From assembly GCA_002720275.1 (NCBI GenBank), contig PBHR01000001.1, positions 10,126 to 74,125 on the forward strand: a stretch of 64,000 bases of DNA, written 5' to 3'. The DNA is from Methanobacteriota archaeon (GTDB lineage Archaea; Thermoplasmatota; Poseidoniia; Poseidoniales; Poseidoniaceae). A program made the translations under genes and the position numbers. Below the pieces are notes generated by a model that saw only the letters and a program-made list of their open reading frames with translations, ran no database searches and was not told the origin of the DNA. Below are positions 58,923 through 64,000 of this stretch, in pieces; within the stretch, counting starts at the first letter, position 1; every line of letters begins with the position of its first letter.

Positions 58923-59041
58923 GGAAATCGAGTCTGCGAGAAGAGTCTCTTTATTGAACCTTTGGAGTGATATTATTTTTTAGTTATAGACTCTATTGCT
59001 TATGAAAGATAACTTCTGCCAATTACAAGGGCGGGGATGGA

Positions 59042-61573
59042 ATGGTAGAAGACAAGCATCGTTTTTCATCAGAATTTTCAAAATTTTCATTACCTGTGTT
59101 GGTAATTTCCTTCCTTGTTACATTTGTTTTGGCTTTTCAGCTTTATCCTTTACCTTCGTTTAATACAGAAATAGCAGAATTTGCACCTTCTGATTCAGCA
59201 AGTGAAGCAGCCGATGAGTTTGGAATTGAAATGGGCAACCAAACTAGACAAATTTTAGTAAATGTTGAGATGAAAGATGGAGGTAATGTATTGTCTATAG
59301 AATCTTTGCTTATGCAGCACAATGATTATAATAAATTGTTGTCAAGCACTCCAAATAATGGTACAGAGATTGAGGGCATTATTGCATTATCTGAGATAAT
59401 TAACCTCGCTCTTTATGAAAATGATGATGGAAGCAATCTTTCTTCAGTAACTGATTGGAATAATCTGCTTGAAAGGACAGTTCCAGAAGATCTTGGAATC
59501 TCAGAAATATCTTCAAACGAACAAATATTAGCATATGGGAATTTTGTAAAATCAGCAATAATTAGTAATGATTTAGTTAGCGATGGTCTCGAATCTTGGA
59601 TTGATGATAGAAATACTACAATGGATCCTACACCTTCAGCGACATCTACTTTGTGGATTATTGATATTAATTCTGATTTAAGTCCAGAGCAATCAAAGTC
59701 CACTCAAGTTGAATTAAGGAATATTTTGAATGAAATTTCCGCAAATTCTGATTTAACTTATTCTTCAATATCGATGGATATTATTAGTTATGATGTTGAT
59801 GAAAGTACAATGAAAAGTTTTGCATTATTGATTTTGCTTGCTTTAACAGTGGTTGTAGTAGTTCTATCACTTGCTTTTAAAACTATTACAGGTGTATTAT
59901 TTCCATTGACTGGTTTAATGATGGCATTAACTTGGACTTATGGATTACTTAGTGCCTTCGAGGTGCAATTTACCGCTTTAGATGTAGCAGTAGCACCATT
60001 GGTTTTGGGTTTAGGTATTGATTATTCCATACATTTACAGAAAAGATATGAAATTAATCGTAATAAAGGCCAATCTACAGTAGATGCTTGGCTTAATTCC
60101 GTTCAAAATTTAGCATTGCCTCTTTCATTGGCAGTAATAACTACGGTTGCTGCATTTATGGCAAATTTACTTTCTCCACTACCTCCATTGAAATCTTTTG
60201 GTATCTCTTTATCTTTAGGTGTAGTTAGTGCATTTTTTTGTTCTACTGTGATTGTTGGTTGTATGCATGTTGTTGGAGAGAGAGTTTCAGGAGGAAAATT
60301 GTCTTTGGCATCTACTGGATCACTTGGTGATAAATTAGCGGGTGTAATGACTTTTCAAAAAGAGCAAAAAGCGATTATTATGATTATAACTGGCCTTTTA
60401 ACGGTAAGCTCGGTTTTTGGTGCAATGGTAATTAAAACAGAATTTGATTTGACAGATTTCCTTGATGAGGAAATGCCAGTTATGGAATTAAGAAGTGACT
60501 TACAAGATTCTTATGATTATTCAAGTATCCAGATGGTTTATGTTCTAATAGAACCACTAGGTTCTAAGTATTCAATTGAGAGTGGTGAAAATTTACTTGA
60601 TTCTATGCAATATTTAGATGATACTTTGCCTTTAACTAAAGGAGTTGTTAAATCATCAGATAGTTCAGATAGAACACAATATAATGGGATTTATACCATT
60701 ATTAGGGATGCATTAGAATTGAATCCGAATTGGGGAGAAAATTATAATTTAAAATTATTTGGCGATGAGGTTGGAAAAATAGATCCTAATGAAGAAATAA
60801 ATTTAGGAATTGCTTTGAAAAATCTGTCTCAAAACAATACTGTTGGAGATCCACTTACAGGTTCAACATGGCAAGAAAGAGTTAATGATGCAGCCTTGAT
60901 AGATAGTGATGGTGAAATTACAAAATTAAGAATAAGTATTTATGTAAATTCTGGAACAAATATTGAAAATACTGAAATTGTCAAGGATTTAAGGGATAGA
61001 ATCGATGATGTTTCAAATCAATTAGCTCGTGATGGTGCTGTTGTTCATTTAACGGGTGATATGGTAAAGATAGATACAGTTTTGACAGGTATGACAAATT
61101 CCCAAGTACAATCTACTTCAATTAGTTTGATGGTGTCATTCTTTGTTTTAATGTTGCTAACTCGTAGATTTACACCTGCATTGGTTGTAATTGCTCCTGT
61201 GGGGGTGGCTGCGTTTTGGGTTGTTGGTTCAATGGCTGCTTTAGGATTGCAATGGAATGTTTTGACAATAATGGTTTCAGCACTAACAATTGGTATTGGA
61301 ATTGATTATGCAATACATGTGTGGCGTAGGTTTGAGGAAGAAATTAAAGATTCAGATGACAATTGGGAAGCCGTGAGTAAGATGCATTCATCTACAGGTT
61401 TAGCATTGTTGATGTCTGCAGGAACAACAATTTGTGGATTTGCAGTATTGACACTTTCACCTACGCCCGTAGTAAGGGAGTTTGGTTTAATTACTTCCTT
61501 AACAGTATTTTTCTCTGTGATATTATCTTTGGTTGTATTACCTGTATTGTTGGTTGAATCGAATGAAAATTAG
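59042..61573 (+). CDS. RND-superfamily exporter (MMPL/SSD-type), paralog of 48455..51349
   Basis: 843 aa. TM cluster / large loop / TM cluster / large loop architecture. GxGxDYxIH-like motifs LGLGIDYSIH and IGIGIDYAIH. Confidence 0.6.
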   Translation: MVEDKHRFSSEFSKFSLPVLVISFLVTFVLAFQLYPLPSFNTEIAEFAPSDSASEAADEFGIEMGNQTRQILVNVEMKDGGNVLSIESLLMQHNDYNKLLSSTPNNGTEIEGIIALSEIINLALYENDDGSNLSSVTDWNNLLERTVPEDLGISEISSNEQILAYGNFVKSAIISNDLVSDGLESWIDDRNTTMDPTPSATSTLWIIDINSDLSPEQSKSTQVELRNILNEISANSDLTYSSISMDIISYDVDESTMKSFALLILLALTVVVVVLSLAFKTITGVLFPLTGLMMALTWTYGLLSAFEVQFTALDVAVAPLVLGLGIDYSIHLQKRYEINRNKGQSTVDAWLNSVQNLALPLSLAVITTVAAFMANLLSPLPPLKSFGISLSLGVVSAFFCSTVIVGCMHVVGERVSGGKLSLASTGSLGDKLAGVMTFQKEQKAIIMIITGLLTVSSVFGAMVIKTEFDLTDFLDEEMPVMELRSDLQDSYDYSSIQMVYVLIEPLGSKYSIESGENLLDSMQYLDDTLPLTKGVVKSSDSSDRTQYNGIYTIIRDALELNPNWGENYNLKLFGDEVGKIDPNEEINLGIALKNLSQNNTVGDPLTGSTWQERVNDAALIDSDGEITKLRISIYVNSGTNIENTEIVKDLRDRIDDVSNQLARDGAVVHLTGDMVKIDTVLTGMTNSQVQSTSISLMVSFFVLMLLTRRFTPALVVIAPVGVAAFWVVGSMAALGLQWNVLTIMVSALTIGIGIDYAIHVWRRFEEEIKDSDDNWEAVSKMHSSTGLALLMSAGTTICGFAVLTLSPTPVVREFGLITSLTVFFSVILSLVVLPVLLVESNEN

Positions 61574-62139
61574 GTAGTTTCAATAAACTCTTCCATATCC
61601 ATACCTTGCTCTTTTGCAATTAATAGTAAGCAAAGAGAATTTGTGATTTGGCTCAAACTTCTTTTTTTCCTCTTTGCTCTTCTAGTAATTTCCTCCTTTA
61701 ATATTCCTGTTTTTGCAGAAATATACCTTATCAACCTTTTTTCAGCTCTTGAGAAATCTTCATTTGAATTTTTAAAATTTTCATCTATGTCATCTTTGGT
61801 CGGTGTAACTTTGAAATTATTTTCAGTTTTATTTTTTGGTAATTCAAAGTGTATTGTACTATTAGGCCTCCAGCCAAAAGCGATTTCTTTAGTATTTATT
61901 TTAACATTAGGTGTGAGTTCTTCCCCATTTTCAATTAACCATTCTTTTTCAAGTAGTTCATTAATTAATTTTTCTGCATTTGAAAAATCCATCCATTGAG
62001 TGTCTATACTCCAAAACCTTATTACGAATTTTTTTGAGAGGGTTTCATTAGGTGAATTAATCCACGTGGCATTTAGTAAGTCAATAATTTCATCACCAAT
62101 ACTTTTCATATTATCACCCCTTGAGATGATTTGCACCAC
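61570..62139 (-). CDS. Hypothetical protein
   Basis: 189-aa ORF, basic patch RRAKRKKRS. Confidence 0.3.
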   Translation of the reverse strand: MVQIISRGDNMKSIGDEIIDLLNATWINSPNETLSKKFVIRFWSIDTQWMDFSNAEKLINELLEKEWLIENGEELTPNVKINTKEIAFGWRPNSTIHFELPKNKTENNFKVTPTKDDIDENFKNSNEDFSRAEKRLIRYISAKTGILKEEITRRAKRKKRSLSQITNSLCLLLIAKEQGMDMEEFIETT

Positions 62140-62657
62140 CCAATAATTTTGATATGTGAATTTGAAAGGATTTCATTTGAACTCGAGGGTGCAATATACC
62201 AGTCATAAAATTTAGCTAATTTAGGGGAAATTTTATCAAAAAATTGTTGAATATCTCCTGGCTCTGATCCAATGATTAATACTGGCCTTTGAATTTCATT
62301 TTTTAAATCATTTAAACGCCCAATCGTTTTTTCTATAGATTTATTTAGTGTGAATTTTGTAATTGCACTTTTACATAGTGCATGTGAAATTTTTAATTTC
62401 GAAACATCAATCCATCCGTCTATTGTGACGTAAGTAAATCCTAGCATTATTGAATCTACCAGTGAGCCATAGTCCGCTTTTTCAGGATCCCAAATTGAAT
62501 TTGGGTGTAATTTGGCAATTTTTCTAATTCGATTCATGTTAAAACCATCTCTTTCATGTAACAACATTTTTTTATTTTTTAGTTGAATAGAGTTCGGTTT
62601 TATCGCTCCAGGGTAAAGAAGTCCTTTATTAAAAACAAATCTATCAAAAACTTCCAT
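62106..62657 (-). CDS. Hypothetical protein
   Basis: Start taken at the internal Met (MEVFDRF). The track's longer version would overlap the divergent downstream gene. Confidence 0.3.
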   Translation of the reverse strand: MEVFDRFVFNKGLLYPGAIKPNSIQLKNKKMLLHERDGFNMNRIRKIAKLHPNSIWDPEKADYGSLVDSIMLGFTYVTIDGWIDVSKLKISHALCKSAITKFTLNKSIEKTIGRLNDLKNEIQRPVLIIGSEPGDIQQFFDKISPKLAKFYDWYIAPSSSNEILSNSHIKIIGWCKSSQGVII

Positions 62658-62701
62658 ATTTTCTCCCTGTTTATTGACTGTATTAGTGAGGGTTATTGAA
62701 G

Positions 62702-63919
62702 ATGACACCTTGCGAGGTGTTGAATCGGAACATGTCGAAATACGTAGCAAGGCATCCAAAAACTGGAAAACCTTTGAATTTTGAGAAGGAAGTTGATGTT
62801 GAAACCTCATTAAAACCGCCAGAATCAAAATGGGATGGTTATGAGTTAAGTATTTTTGAATTAAAGGAATTATATGAGAAAATATTGCCTTTAGCAGTTG
62901 GTGAAATACAGGAATATGAATTAGAAGTTGATGGGAAAAAAATTCTCTTAAATAGAGTTGATGGGATTAAAGCATTACCTCGTTTGAATAATAAGAATAA
63001 TGATGAAATTTACGATGCATTAATTTTAGGTTTAAATGATGATTTAGCCGAAAATCGCATGGCTTCTTTACAAATTTTACATATTTGTGCATGTAGAAAA
63101 CCTGATGGTTTATGGGATATTTTAGCTGAATTATTAGACGATGATGATGCTAATGTGCGTAAAACTGCAATAAATTCCCTTATTGCATCTGTGCCAATTT
63201 TCCCTTCTGGTTGTGAAGTTTTACTCTATATTGAATTAAGGCATGAATTAAAATATAGAAGAGACGGTGCTTGGAAAGCATTGAATGAATTATTAAAAAA
63301 ATGGCCAGAAGCTGTAATGAATCATTTAGATGTATTGTCAAGAGATGATGATGTTGATTTGAGAAGGAGGGCTTCAAAATTGCTTTCAAATGTAGCAAAC
63401 AGAAAATCAGCTATTGCCTGGGATTTAGTTGGTTGGGCACTGCAAGATGAAGATGATATCGTAAGGGATAACGCCTCTAAGGCAATCAGGACTGTAACAC
63501 ATCATGAACCTAGGCAAGCATTGATTTTTGCAGAAATGGCTTTATTTGACACATTTAAACCAGTTAGGAAAAGAGCAGTCCAAGCTTTAGAAAGATTGGG
63601 TGCTAGTAGTAGAGTCAATTCCTTAATAATAAGGGGTTGCAGACATTCAGATTTAGAAATAAGAATGAATTGTATAAAAATGCTCCCTAGATTAATGAGT
63701 GAAGATGAACTTAGGGATCTTTCATTTGAGTTATTGAATAGGGAGAAAAATACTGAATTAAAAGAGATCTTAACAGAATATAGTAAGGATGATCAACTAG
63801 AAGGAAATGAAATTCAGAAGAATAAATACCTTGCACCTGCAGAACCTCTAGATCCCTTAGAAAAAGAACTAAAGAAGGACGTAAATATAAAAATTAAAGA
63901 AAAAAAGGAGGAAAGTTAG
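62702..63919 (+). CDS. HEAT/PBS-lyase-type repeat protein
   Basis: Repeated DxxVRxxAxxALxxIG units (DANVRKTAINSL, DVDLRRRASKLL, DIVRDNASKAI, KPVRKRAVQAL, DLEIRMNCIKML). Confidence 0.55.
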   Translation: MTPCEVLNRNMSKYVARHPKTGKPLNFEKEVDVETSLKPPESKWDGYELSIFELKELYEKILPLAVGEIQEYELEVDGKKILLNRVDGIKALPRLNNKNNDEIYDALILGLNDDLAENRMASLQILHICACRKPDGLWDILAELLDDDDANVRKTAINSLIASVPIFPSGCEVLLYIELRHELKYRRDGAWKALNELLKKWPEAVMNHLDVLSRDDDVDLRRRASKLLSNVANRKSAIAWDLVGWALQDEDDIVRDNASKAIRTVTHHEPRQALIFAEMALFDTFKPVRKRAVQALERLGASSRVNSLIIRGCRHSDLEIRMNCIKMLPRLMSEDELRDLSFELLNREKNTELKEILTEYSKDDQLEGNEIQKNKYLAPAEPLDPLEKELKKDVNIKIKEKKEES

Positions 63920-64000
63920 CATTTTATTCATACGTCATTGTTAATATGGAGATGTTAGTCGCCGAGTCATAGGTGTGAGTATGAGCAGTGGTAATATGAA

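Noticed and set aside
1-64000. CRISPR arrays, integrases/transposases, restriction-modification or other defence islands
   Set aside because: No regularly spaced direct repeats, no recombinase/transposase-like translations, and the two tRNAs are flanked by housekeeping genes on both sides. The window looks like core chromosome, not a mobile island.

Overview
The window is a densely packed, low-GC (about 35%) archaeal chromosomal segment. It carries archaeal/eukaryotic-type information-processing genes: aRF1 with NIKS and GGQ motifs, aEF-1beta, ribosomal protein S3Ae, proteasome beta subunit, aCPSF1/FttA beta-CASP nuclease, RNA polymerase subunit L, TruD, RlmE, and Trp-, Arg- and Asn/Asp-tRNA synthetases. 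Metabolic genes are mixed in: pdxS, a 7Fe-type ferredoxin, MTAP, folA-thyA, plsC-like acyltransferase, ubiX, pyrH, carbamate kinase, rpiA, pdaD, PCD and a nitroreductase. I also recognise two tRNAs, tRNA-Pro(UGG) and tRNA-Lys(CUU), and an unlisted RNase P RNA on the minus strand at 48094..48394. That RNA is wedged convergently against the stop codon of a 1703-aa surface protein. The low GC, bacterial-type PlsC, SAP domains, a PGF-CTERM (archaeosortase) sorting signal and multiple RND/MMPL exporters suggest a marine planktonic Thermoplasmatota (Marine Group II/Poseidoniales-like) archaeon. That assignment is inference. The most unusual content is a cell-envelope theme. A 1379-aa secreted protein has three tandem ~300-aa repeats, each with an LDL-receptor-class-A-like DGxxDCxDxSDE calcium-binding motif, plus thrombospondin-type-3-like Asp repeats and a PGF-CTERM anchor. 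A second giant type-I membrane protein has a MAM-like N-terminal domain and a Pro-rich cytoplasmic tail. These sit with two RND/MMPL exporters, two GT2 glycosyltransferases with an NAD-dependent epimerase, and an extracytoplasmic disulfide-forming module (TlpA-like thioredoxin, VKOR homolog, second secreted thioredoxin). Two proteins carry eukaryote-like SAP motifs: S3Ae has a C-terminal SAP tail, and an M28 peptidase has an N-terminal SAP followed by a TM segment. I see no CRISPR array, integrase or obvious mobile element. No database searches were run, so all functional calls rest on motifs visible in the translations.
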